From Candidatus Undinarchaeota archaeon (GTDB taxonomy: Archaea; SpSt-1190), in assembly GCA_964549355.1 (NCBI GenBank), contig CAZJUS010000014.1, forward strand, positions 1-20,009: a stretch of DNA of 20,009 bases, written 5' to 3'. A model generated the notes under the pieces. That model had not been told where the DNA came from, did no database searches, and saw only the letters and a program-made list of their open reading frames with translations. Positions 7,627-14,994 of the stretch are shown in pieces. The stretch's first letter is position 1. Every line of letters starts with the position of its first letter. A program made the translations under genes and the position numbers.

Positions 7627-9554
7627 TTCTGCTCCGGAGATTTATAAGGGATGCTTTTGCTGAAGCTCGGCGAGTTTTCAACAAATGTTTCGAACTCTCC
7701 GCCCTCCCCCGCAGGGCTGAAACGGAATTTTTTTGACAGCATGACCAGCTCCTCCGCAACAGCGGGCGTAACTCTCCTGCCGACCCACCCGCCATCCAGG
7801 CCGTCTGCTGCAACTGAAACAATCACAAAACCAAGCTCCCGGGCCGCGGAACGGAGGTAATCTGCATGGTCCACGCCCCAGAGGGGGGCATGGCATGACA
7901 GCCCGTGGTTTTCACAGATGTCCTCGATACGGCTCCTTTGGTATTCGGAGCTGATTGCACCGGACAAAACCCCTTCAACGCCGTATTCAGCTTCAGCCTT
8001 GTGAATGGCAGCGTCAAGGTCTGCAACTTCTTTTTCTTTTTCGCCGGAAGTTTTGTGAACAATCAGAGGAATGCCTGAAGCTTCCGCCTGCTTCCTGATC
8101 AAGGATATATCAGGAGTTTGGAACATCCACGAATCGGATTTTTCAGGAAGCATCGTGATGATGCACCCTATTTCATAATTCATCCGGGTCGCAACCAGGA
8201 CAGAGTACCATGAATCTTTCCCGCCTGAAACCAGTGCAGCAAGCTTCCGGTTCTTCGGCCAAAACTGCTTGAGATACCGCCCCTTCGGTTTCGGCAGGAC
8301 CTTGGAGACCCCAAAGCCGTATTGGGCCGCTTTCTTGGGTTCATGCGCAGCCCCGCCGATTTTAGTCTCCGCGAGCCTCCGGAGGATATACTTGCCCGCA
8401 ACAAATTCACTGGGGAACCCCATCGCCAGAGCCACAACTTCACTGTCAAGATAGGGGATGCGGACCTCGGCCCCTGCCATCAGGCCCGCAACATTCGCAA
8501 AATAAGTGCTCTGCTCATGGATGTTCCGCAGAGCCCACCAGTTCTCCAGTTTAGGCGACCTGTGCATGCGGGCGTATCCGCCGAACAGTTCATCGGCCCC
8601 AAACCCCGCCAAGACAACCTTTTTCCCTGCTTTTTCGGAGGCCAGATAAACAACCGCAGCCGCCTCCACTTTGACCGGGTCGGAGCTTTCTATAATCTTG
8701 GAAACTTCCCTGATTTTCTGCATCGCCTCTTCCTTGGAAACCTCACAAGCCTCCAGGGGGATTGAAAGCTTCTCTGCAATCCTCCCTGCACGCTCCAAAT
8801 CCGAGCTCTTTGAACTCTTCAAGCCGACCGAAACTGCGGTATATCTTATGCCCATCTTTTCCAGATAAAATGCCAGCAAAGCAGAATCCACCCCTCCGGA
8901 AAGAAGCAGAGCAACAGGCTCCCTGCACCCTGCCACCCTTTTCCGCACTGCATTCTGCAGGGCGGAGTCCAAAACTTCCATGGCTTTTGTTTCATTCACT
9001 TTTAAAGTTTCAAATTCAGTTGAAACTTTGTGAACGGTGGGTTTTCCATGCAATGGGATTTCCAGCCTCTGCCGGGGATGAAGCTCCTTGAGATTGGGAA
9101 ATGCTTTTCGTTCACTCGCAAAAGCAAAATACCCCGGGGTGTGAATATAAAACAAAGGGTAGATGCCCCACCGGTCTCTGGCGAGCCATATTCTTTCTCC
9201 ATCACAGAAAGCAACTGCGAACGGGCCGTCAAACAAGTCGAGGGCTGAAACGCCTTCATTCACCAAAAGTCTGAAAGCCAGCTCCGCATCATTCCGCGCC
9301 GATATCCCGTGCTTTTCCGCCAGCTCCCTCCAGTTGTATATCTCCAAATTGCCGGCAAACCATCTCCTGCCTTCGACAAGAGGCTGCGGGACATTGCCTA
9401 CGGTGGCGTGGAGAAGATGGCCGAGGAACCCGCCGTCCACCGGGATGCACCCGGCCCCGTCCCTGCCCCTGTGTTTCATCAGTTCCAGGGCTTTTTTAAC
9501 CTTGTTTTCCGGCGCCCCCGCACCGCCTCCAAACCAGCCTGCAATCCCGCACAT
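7623..9554 (-). CDS. Fusion: AsnB-like glutamine amidotransferase/asparagine synthetase + diphthine-ammonia ligase (Dph6/MJ0570-type)
   Basis: The start at ATG 9554 gives the Ntn N-terminus MCGIAG, then HRGRD, EIYN, ARDRWG, PP-loop LLSGGVDS, GADELFGGY, EVRIPYLD and KYILR. From about 8250 a second PP-loop domain follows with SGGKDS, SWMFQ, GEKEKE, GAISSEYQRSRIE, PLWG and GEGGEFETFV. Confidence 0.9.
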   Translation of the reverse strand: MCGIAGWFGGGAGAPENKVKKALELMKHRGRDGAGCIPVDGGFLGHLLHATVGNVPQPLVEGRRWFAGNLEIYNWRELAEKHGISARNDAELAFRLLVNEGVSALDLFDGPFAVAFCDGERIWLARDRWGIYPLFYIHTPGYFAFASERKAFPNLKELHPRQRLEIPLHGKPTVHKVSTEFETLKVNETKAMEVLDSALQNAVRKRVAGCREPVALLLSGGVDSALLAFYLEKMGIRYTAVSVGLKSSKSSDLERAGRIAEKLSIPLEACEVSKEEAMQKIREVSKIIESSDPVKVEAAAVVYLASEKAGKKVVLAGFGADELFGGYARMHRSPKLENWWALRNIHEQSTYFANVAGLMAGAEVRIPYLDSEVVALAMGFPSEFVAGKYILRRLAETKIGGAAHEPKKAAQYGFGVSKVLPKPKGRYLKQFWPKNRKLAALVSGGKDSWYSVLVATRMNYEIGCIITMLPEKSDSWMFQTPDISLIRKQAEASGIPLIVHKTSGEKEKEVADLDAAIHKAEAEYGVEGVLSGAISSEYQRSRIEDICENHGLSCHAPLWGVDHADYLRSAARELGFVIVSVAADGLDGGWVGRRVTPAVAEELVMLSKKFRFSPAGEGGEFETFVENSPSFSKSIPYKSPEQK

Positions 9555-9589
9555 CAAAATTAATATAAGAAGTGCCAATAAAACAGTTT

Positions 9590-10459
9590 GTGGACCTGAA
9601 AATCCTGCTTGCACTGCTCTTCGTCCTGGCGCCGGTTTCCGCCTGCTTCTCGCTCAGGGATTTGAGTTCGGTTGAAGTCGAGACGCCTGTCAATGTTGGG
9701 AGGCTGATGAGCGCCAACAATGTGAATGTGGGCGTTGTGGGCTCCTTCCGGAATCCCATAGACCCAAACGTTGCGGTTGTGTTCAACGAAGACGGCTTCA
9801 GGCTGATTTTCCCGACCACCGATGCACAATTCTTCACATGCAGTGCAAAAGAAAAATATATTTTTGTGAAAGAAAATTGCTCAACGGGTGAATCGACATC
9901 CGAAGTCGGGAGAAGAATTTATTATATGGGCGACGACTTCACTTTTGAAGCATTTCAGCCCCCGTGCAATGAAAGCAAATGCCCGTGGATACTGTCGATG
10001 GATTACTTGGAGTTCCCGAGGGAGTATTTGATAAGGTGCTGGAACAATGTCGTCTGGTCATGCAAGCTTGTGAACAAAAATGTGGTCCTTGGCTATGGAG
10101 AAAACGATGTGAAGAGAATTGTGAATGAAACGCTCAGATTCATGGTCGAAAACCGGGTTGTGAATCTGGACAAACAGGACATAAATGCAATCACAGCAGT
10201 CGCAAGGCTCGGCTACTCCGGCCACAACAACAGGCTGGTGAAATCCAAAGAAGGGTGGATGCCCTACTACCAGACCGAAAATCCTGTCATAATCCGGCAG
10301 ATGACGGTGGGGGGGTGCGGGAAGGGCGAAGTGGTTGAAGGTGTGCCGTCGGAAGTGATAAGCTTCGGGCCGTCAAAGGTCAATCCGGCTGAAAATCCTT
10401 TTGCTGTTTTCTTCCGCAATTTTCTCAAATTCCTCGGGTTTGACCTTGAGAAGCTTTGA
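9590..10459 (+). CDS. Secreted Cys-rich protein resembling the Thermococcales CGP-CTERM-anchored Cys-rich family
   Basis: Signal peptide ending VSA-CFS..D...VEV; later RLGYSGHNNRL, WMPY, NP and CG motifs; eight Cys residues; amphipathic C-terminus. The start is probably the GTG at 9590, about 25 nt after TTAATATAA, rather than 9572. The family match is from memory. Confidence 0.6.
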   Translation: MDLKILLALLFVLAPVSACFSLRDLSSVEVETPVNVGRLMSANNVNVGVVGSFRNPIDPNVAVVFNEDGFRLIFPTTDAQFFTCSAKEKYIFVKENCSTGESTSEVGRRIYYMGDDFTFEAFQPPCNESKCPWILSMDYLEFPREYLIRCWNNVVWSCKLVNKNVVLGYGENDVKRIVNETLRFMVENRVVNLDKQDINAITAVARLGYSGHNNRLVKSKEGWMPYYQTENPVIIRQMTVGGCGKGEVVEGVPSEVISFGPSKVNPAENPFAVFFRNFLKFLGFDLEKL

Positions 10460-11110
10460 CACCGCTTCGGCATTCTTGGCAAGGTTGGCGGGCTCATTCC
10501 TGCCCGGCGCGAGGCCCAGGACCGGCGAGTCGGTCTCCAGCAGGATGAGGTCTTCAGGGAGCATCAGGACCATGTCCTGGATTTTCCTGCTTACAGCTAC
10601 CCTGCAGTTTATCGAAAAATAGTAGCCGAGGCTGACCGCCCTCCTGACATCCTTTTTTGAACCGCCGAAGCTGTGGAGGTGCACCCTCTCCGCCCCCTCC
10701 TCTTCCAGGATGTCAAGCACATACTTCCCTGCCGAGCGGGAGTGGACAGTGACGGGCAGGCCGAGCTTTTTGGCCAGGCGGACCTGCCTCCTGAAGGGCT
10801 CGACCTGCTCCGGATGCTTCTCCCAAGGGTAGTCGAGCCCAATCTCGCCTATGCCCACAATTTCGGACCGGCGCTCCTGAATCAGCCTGAGCATGTCTTC
10901 AAGCTGTCCGAGGTCGCTGTAGGGGGCGAGGCCGATTTCAGGATACACCATGGAATGCCCCCCTGCAACTTTGAGGCATCTCAGCGAATCACTGACGTCA
11001 ACGGAAGCGCTTATGACTGCCTTTACGCCGGCCTGACGCGCCCTTTGGAGGGCCTGCTCCAAATCAGCTTCAAAATCGGCGCCGTGGATATGGGCATGGA
11101 CGTCTATCAC
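10373..11110 (-). CDS. tatD: TatD family metal-dependent hydrolase/DNase
   Basis: IDVHAH, GIGEIGLDY, VHSR, HSFGG, LLETDSP and RNEP motifs; 245 aa; GTG start. Confidence 0.93.
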   Translation of the reverse strand: MIDVHAHIHGADFEADLEQALQRARQAGVKAVISASVDVSDSLRCLKVAGGHSMVYPEIGLAPYSDLGQLEDMLRLIQERRSEIVGIGEIGLDYPWEKHPEQVEPFRRQVRLAKKLGLPVTVHSRSAGKYVLDILEEEGAERVHLHSFGGSKKDVRRAVSLGYYFSINCRVAVSRKIQDMVLMLPEDLILLETDSPVLGLAPGRNEPANLAKNAEAVSKLLKVKPEEFEKIAEENSKRIFSRIDL

Positions 11111-11130
11111 AAAAACCCCATGAGCAAGTC

Positions 11131-11138
11131 TTTAATAA
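11131..11138. promoter_or_regulatory. Probable shared bidirectional TATA box
   Basis: TTTAATAA / TTATTAAA sits in the 54-nt gap between the divergent starts at 11110 (-) and 11165 (+). Confidence 0.45.
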
Positions 11139-11164
11139 GCCCTAGGGACTAAAAAACTGTGGCA

Positions 11165-11422
11165 ATGGAGCTGATAATCCTTGCAGTCTTTGCAATTGTG
11201 GGCGTGGTCCTGCTGAAATTTCTGGTTGGGATGGGGGAGCCATCCGGCCGGCTTCCGCCTCCCCCCTCTCCATACATGGGCGCCCCGTCAATGCCGAGCT
11301 ACGGCTACTACAATCCGCCCCCAACACCCCGCCAGCCGAGGGTCATCAAGAGGAAAGTGATAATAATGCCGGAGAAAACAGTCCGGCGCCACACCAAGAG
11401 GAAGAGGAGGCTGAGAGCTTGA
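11165..11422 (+). CDS. Small single-pass membrane protein with Pro/Tyr-rich linker and basic tail
   Basis: N-terminal TM helix (LIILAVFAIVGVVLLKFLVG), PPPPSPY..., C-terminal RRHTKRKRRLRA. Its stop overlaps the next start (TTGA). Confidence 0.7.
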   Translation: MELIILAVFAIVGVVLLKFLVGMGEPSGRLPPPPSPYMGAPSMPSYGYYNPPPTPRQPRVIKRKVIIMPEKTVRRHTKRKRRLRA

Positions 11423-12093
11423 AGAGGCTTCCAGCCCTGCTGGTCCTCGGCCTCCTGCTGTCGTCCGCTTCTGCATGGAAGGTCGGCGACAAATTCTGCG
11501 AAAGAGAGCAGGGGGAAAGCTGTGTGAACAGCCCCGACTGCCCGACATGCATGGTCCGGCTGAACACGAGCATTTTCATCACCGAAACCCAGGGCCTGCT
11601 GGCGGTGACAGTGGAGAGCGGTGAACCCGAAAGCCTTGGGATCATACTGACAGTCAGCAAAAGCGACAAGGCGTTGTATTCAAAAATTCTCGAACTGCCC
11701 GGGATGCAGATGAGGTCTTATGAATTTCCAGTGCCCCGTGAAGAAGCAGACTACGATCTTGCAGTAGCTGCAAGGGACAGGGACATAGACACTATGTGGG
11801 CGCGGGAGTTTGTAACTGTGGAAGGCCTGGCTTCCAAGAATCCGGGTGCAGAAATATTCATTCCGGCTGTCGCCCTCCTGGTGTTCTTCGGCATCCTGTA
11901 CTTCGGCCTGAGGAAAACCAAGCCCGCCGGGCCGTATGCAGAAGGCCCGGACTTTGTGCCGTACCCACCGACGGGAATGCCCCCGGCTCCGCCCGCCCCC
12001 CAAAGGGCGCCCATAGCTGAAGAGGAAATCATAGTGGTGCCGCGAAAGCGCAAGTATTATGTCAAAAAGAAACGGCAGAAAAAGAAGCAATAG
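11419..12093 (+). CDS. Secreted/anchored protein with small Cys motif, TM helix, Pro-rich and basic tail
   Basis: Signal peptide, GDKFCEREQGESCVNSPDCPTC, a beta-rich domain, TM IFIPAVALLVFFGILYFGL, and the tail PYPPTGMPPAPPAP...IIVVPRKRKYYVKKKRQKKKQ. Confidence 0.8.
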   Translation: MKRLPALLVLGLLLSSASAWKVGDKFCEREQGESCVNSPDCPTCMVRLNTSIFITETQGLLAVTVESGEPESLGIILTVSKSDKALYSKILELPGMQMRSYEFPVPREEADYDLAVAARDRDIDTMWAREFVTVEGLASKNPGAEIFIPAVALLVFFGILYFGLRKTKPAGPYAEGPDFVPYPPTGMPPAPPAPQRAPIAEEEIIVVPRKRKYYVKKKRQKKKQ

Positions 12094-12103
12094 GCATAAA
12101 TCC

Positions 12104-12358
12104 AAGTGGCAGGGTATATTCTTGATGTCGCAGCCTGGGGGGCAATCCTAGCTACCCAAAGGGCGCAATAAAGTCTGTCAGGTCTCTGTAGGAAGAAATG
12201 GCCGAACTGGGCAAATTAGAAAACGTAGGCCATGTATCCGCATCCCACCTGCCGAAGACTTTAGAGCAAGAGGTGGCACGGCAACCGCTTTCAGGTTGAA
12301 GAGGGAAAACGGAAGTCAGTGTCCATCTCAGCTGGGGCCCAGTCCCAGGTGCCAACTT
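12104..12358 (+). ncRNA. Putative structured non-coding RNA, family unidentified
   Basis: Occupies the largest intergenic gap in the window (293 nt). Helices: AAGTGGCA 12104-11 / TGCC(A)ACTT 12350-58; GGGTA 12112-16 / TACCC 12153-57; AAAGTCT..CAGGT 12170-83 / ACCTG....AGACTTT 12247-62; ATGGCC 12198-203 / GGCCAT 12228-33; GAGGTGG 12270-76 / CCGCTTT 12285-91; CTGGG/CCCAG 12332-48. G-U pairs and A-rich loops point to the + strand. Confidence 0.55.
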
Positions 12359-12386
12359 ATTTTAGCAAGTTCCGAAGGGATGTAGT

Positions 12387-13166
12387 ATGGAGCCTGAAAG
12401 TTCCTTCCACATCATACTGGCCTGTGTGCTCTTCATCTCCCTGTTCACTTATACTGTGCTGCCGGGCCCGCTCAACAGAATCACTGATTTGGCCAGCAGC
12501 GTAGGCTTCTTTGGATACAAAGTGGTACGGGGTCTGGGGGTCACCACGGATTACAGGATATGCAGTCTGCTCGACGCCTTCAACTACGGGGGCATGACTG
12601 CAGGGGTCTGGACTGAAGGCGCACAGGCATACACAAATATGTCCTGCGCAGTGCTTTCGGAAAACAAGGTTGCAATAGGCAGGTACGAAGTTGAAAAATA
12701 CGGCGACCAGCTGTTCGGGACCGCCGAAAAATTCTACATTGAAAACCGACGGCAGGTCAACAAAGTCTTCTACGGCTTCTATATGTTCTTCGGCCTCATG
12801 ATAACAGGGGTCATAGGGGACATCTTCATCACCTTCGGGCAGTTCAGGACAAAAACCTCCAACGCAATTGCAATCGGGGGCGTCGCCTCGATTGCCCTGA
12901 CCATGCTGATAATGAGGACCGGCCCTTTCTGGAGCGGCCTGGAGCTTTTGATAAACGCAATCCCGGGGAGCGGGAGCATAATAGCATCCCTGCTTGCGGG
13001 TCTGCTCATAATGGGGCCCCTCTGGTGGATGCTGACGCACATCCTCATAGGATACAAAATTGCCAAGAAAGGCGCCATCGACCCGTTCAAAGCCATAGAA
13101 ACTGCAGTCGCAACTGATGTAAAGAAAGGCACAGTCGGTCTGAAGGCTGTCCAGGGCAAGAAGTAA
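12387..13166 (+). CDS. Multi-pass membrane protein of unknown function
   Basis: N-terminal TM, soluble loop with two Cys, three to four C-terminal TM helices. The C-terminal module is similar to that of the next gene. Confidence 0.8.
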   Translation: MEPESSFHIILACVLFISLFTYTVLPGPLNRITDLASSVGFFGYKVVRGLGVTTDYRICSLLDAFNYGGMTAGVWTEGAQAYTNMSCAVLSENKVAIGRYEVEKYGDQLFGTAEKFYIENRRQVNKVFYGFYMFFGLMITGVIGDIFITFGQFRTKTSNAIAIGGVASIALTMLIMRTGPFWSGLELLINAIPGSGSIIASLLAGLLIMGPLWWMLTHILIGYKIAKKGAIDPFKAIETAVATDVKKGTVGLKAVQGKK

Positions 13167-13197
13167 AGTATTTATGTAATGACGGGGGTGTAATTGC

Positions 13198-14136
13198 ATG
13201 GTGAAAACTGCGGGCATAGTTCTGAGTCTTATGTTTCTGGTTGCGATGCTTCCGGCATTCGCACAAATATCCGAGAAATCAACGGGCGCCGCCTTTGAGA
13301 AAGGCATGAACCCTGTCATTGGAATTTTGAAGGGGGCGACCAATGTCGTGTGGAAGCTCATGCAGTTTTTCATCGGCAAGGACGATGTGTCCATTGCATA
13401 CTTCTCATACAACCTCGGCTTCCGGGACAACGAAGTTTATATCGAGGACATGACTTACCAGAACCCTACAGACCTAACTGTGATGGACTTGAAGGGCAAC
13501 TGCTCGGTCGGCTCGCTCACAATCGACAAGACGGACCGGCACATTATGGCAAACTGCGGTGATGTCCGGGATGCCAACCTGACGGACGGCACTGCCCAGC
13601 TGATTTCAACAGAAATCGGCGACTACAATGAAGACGGGACCCCGGGCCAAATCGACGACATCTTCAGGTACATACACAAACACCTCGGCCGTGACATCGT
13701 GGTCGATGACGGGGCCAAGGGCCAGATAATCCTGTTCGCCATTCTGATTCCTTCCCTGATTCTGTCCTTCATAGTGGCGGATTTCTTCATGAGCACCGGC
13801 ATGCTGAGGACCATAACTGCCTACCTGATAAGCGGGGGCATAACCCTAATAGCCTTGAGGTCCGGAGTGTTCACAGGCCTGCTGAATATGATAAGCAGCA
13901 TCTTCGGCGCCAACGGCTTCTTCCTCAGCCTGCTCGGGATATACCTGCTCTTTGCAATCCTGATTTGGTTCTACGGAGGCATCAGGAAGAGCTGGATGCT
14001 GTCATCCGAAGACGCCGCCAAGCAGGTCTCCGACGCAGTGGTGGAAGGCTTCACATACGACCTAAGGAGGGGCCTGATGGGCAAGAAGGTCGCAGACCAG
14101 CTGCTCATGCAGAGGGACAAAGACAAGAAAAAGTGA
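13198..14136 (+). CDS. Multi-pass membrane protein of unknown function (signal peptide, acidic extracellular domain)
   Basis: Signal peptide ending AFA, an acidic beta-rich domain with two Cys, three to four TM helices, charged tail. Confidence 0.8.
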   Translation: MVKTAGIVLSLMFLVAMLPAFAQISEKSTGAAFEKGMNPVIGILKGATNVVWKLMQFFIGKDDVSIAYFSYNLGFRDNEVYIEDMTYQNPTDLTVMDLKGNCSVGSLTIDKTDRHIMANCGDVRDANLTDGTAQLISTEIGDYNEDGTPGQIDDIFRYIHKHLGRDIVVDDGAKGQIILFAILIPSLILSFIVADFFMSTGMLRTITAYLISGGITLIALRSGVFTGLLNMISSIFGANGFFLSLLGIYLLFAILIWFYGGIRKSWMLSSEDAAKQVSDAVVEGFTYDLRRGLMGKKVADQLLMQRDKDKKK

Positions 14137-14140
14137 TGAA

Positions 14141-14671
14141 ATGGCGTTGGAAAACCTCACCATGAATATAAGCACTGGAGTATCCCAGTTCCAGGAAATA
14201 GGCGTATTCAACTACATTCTGCCGTTCAGCATTTTCTTTGTAATCCTGTTCGGGGTGCTCGACAAATACAAGATAGTAAGCAAGGACAAAAAAGTGAATG
14301 CAGTCCTGTCCATGCTGATTTCAGCCTTCATCCTGCTCTACGCCAGGATTACCGATATTGAAATTTTCTTCATGGAGTTTTACATGAAGATGGCCATCGC
14401 CATGCTGATCCTGCTGTTTGCAATGACGCTTGCGGTGTTCGCCTTCAGGGCGCTGAAGGAAAATGAAATGGTGCCGTCGGGCAAGGAGAATGTCTGGTCT
14501 TCGGTCATGGTGATGGTGTCAGTCATGATAATGAATGTGGCTTTCGGGGAGGCTCCGGGGAAGCTCGGCGTCTGGGCCAATGATGTAAGCGGGATTGTGC
14601 TGGCCTTCGGCTTCATAGGCGCAGTCATAAGCTTCTTCACATCCGGCAAAAGCAAGGGGGGCGGTGAATGA
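14141..14671 (+). CDS. Membrane protein, ILPFxxxFxILFGVLxK family (DPANN-type, unknown function)
   Basis: GVFNYILPFSIFFVILFGVLDKYKIVSKDKKVNAVLSMLIS; about five TM helices. Confidence 0.8.
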   Translation: MALENLTMNISTGVSQFQEIGVFNYILPFSIFFVILFGVLDKYKIVSKDKKVNAVLSMLISAFILLYARITDIEIFFMEFYMKMAIAMLILLFAMTLAVFAFRALKENEMVPSGKENVWSSVMVMVSVMIMNVAFGEAPGKLGVWANDVSGIVLAFGFIGAVISFFTSGKSKGGGE

Positions 14672-14994
14672 TGGGATTCGCAGAAATGACTATGCGTCTG
14701 GCAGAAATGGGCATCTTCCAGTTCTTCATCCCCTTCGCCCTGTTCTTCATGATACTCTACGGCGTCCTGCTGAAATACAAGCCCTTCGGCGACTGGAAGG
14801 ACAACACGGCCGTCTCAATCATATATGGCCTGCTCTCATTCCTGGTCGCACTCTTCATTATGCTCTACGGCCTCAATGTGTATCTTGAAAATTTCCTGGC
14901 GTGGGTGCTGGGCAGGCTGGGGATAATCCTGATTCTGATACTGGCGATAATAGTAATATCAGCTTTTACAAAAGGAGGGAGCGACCTTGGGTGA
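14668..14994 (+). CDS. Membrane protein, paralog of the upstream gene
   Basis: GIFQFFIPFALFFMILYGVLLKYKPFG; three TM helices; ATGA overlap with the upstream gene and GGTGA RBS. Confidence 0.8.
   Translation: MMGFAEMTMRLAEMGIFQFFIPFALFFMILYGVLLKYKPFGDWKDNTAVSIIYGLLSFLVALFIMLYGLNVYLENFLAWVLGRLGIILILILAIIVISAFTKGGSDLG

Noticed and set aside
9555..9614. Hydrophobic N-terminal extension of the AsnB-Dph6 ORF (looks like a signal peptide)
   Set aside because: Ntn amidotransferases need the Cys at the N-terminus, and the extension overlaps the divergent gene and promoter.
12285..12346. TPP riboswitch-like words on the minus strand (GCTGAGA...CCC...AACCTGA)
   Set aside because: The downstream P5/GCGNAGG element is missing and no minus-strand gene follows.
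12332..12354. tRNA-like 3' end (5-bp stem, 7-nt loop, ...GCCA)
   Set aside because: The loop GCCCAGT lacks TTC, and no D or anticodon arm or 7-bp acceptor stem can be built.
12104..12358. Canonical RNase P RNA, SRP RNA, group I intron or BHB splice site
   Set aside because: Only partial word matches. P4, helix 8, the R/S elements with flanking exons and the BHB geometry are not satisfied, so the element is left unidentified.
12357..13430. 357-aa minus-strand ORF
   Set aside because: It is antisense to two coherent membrane-protein genes and has an atypical composition with no motifs; a shadow ORF.
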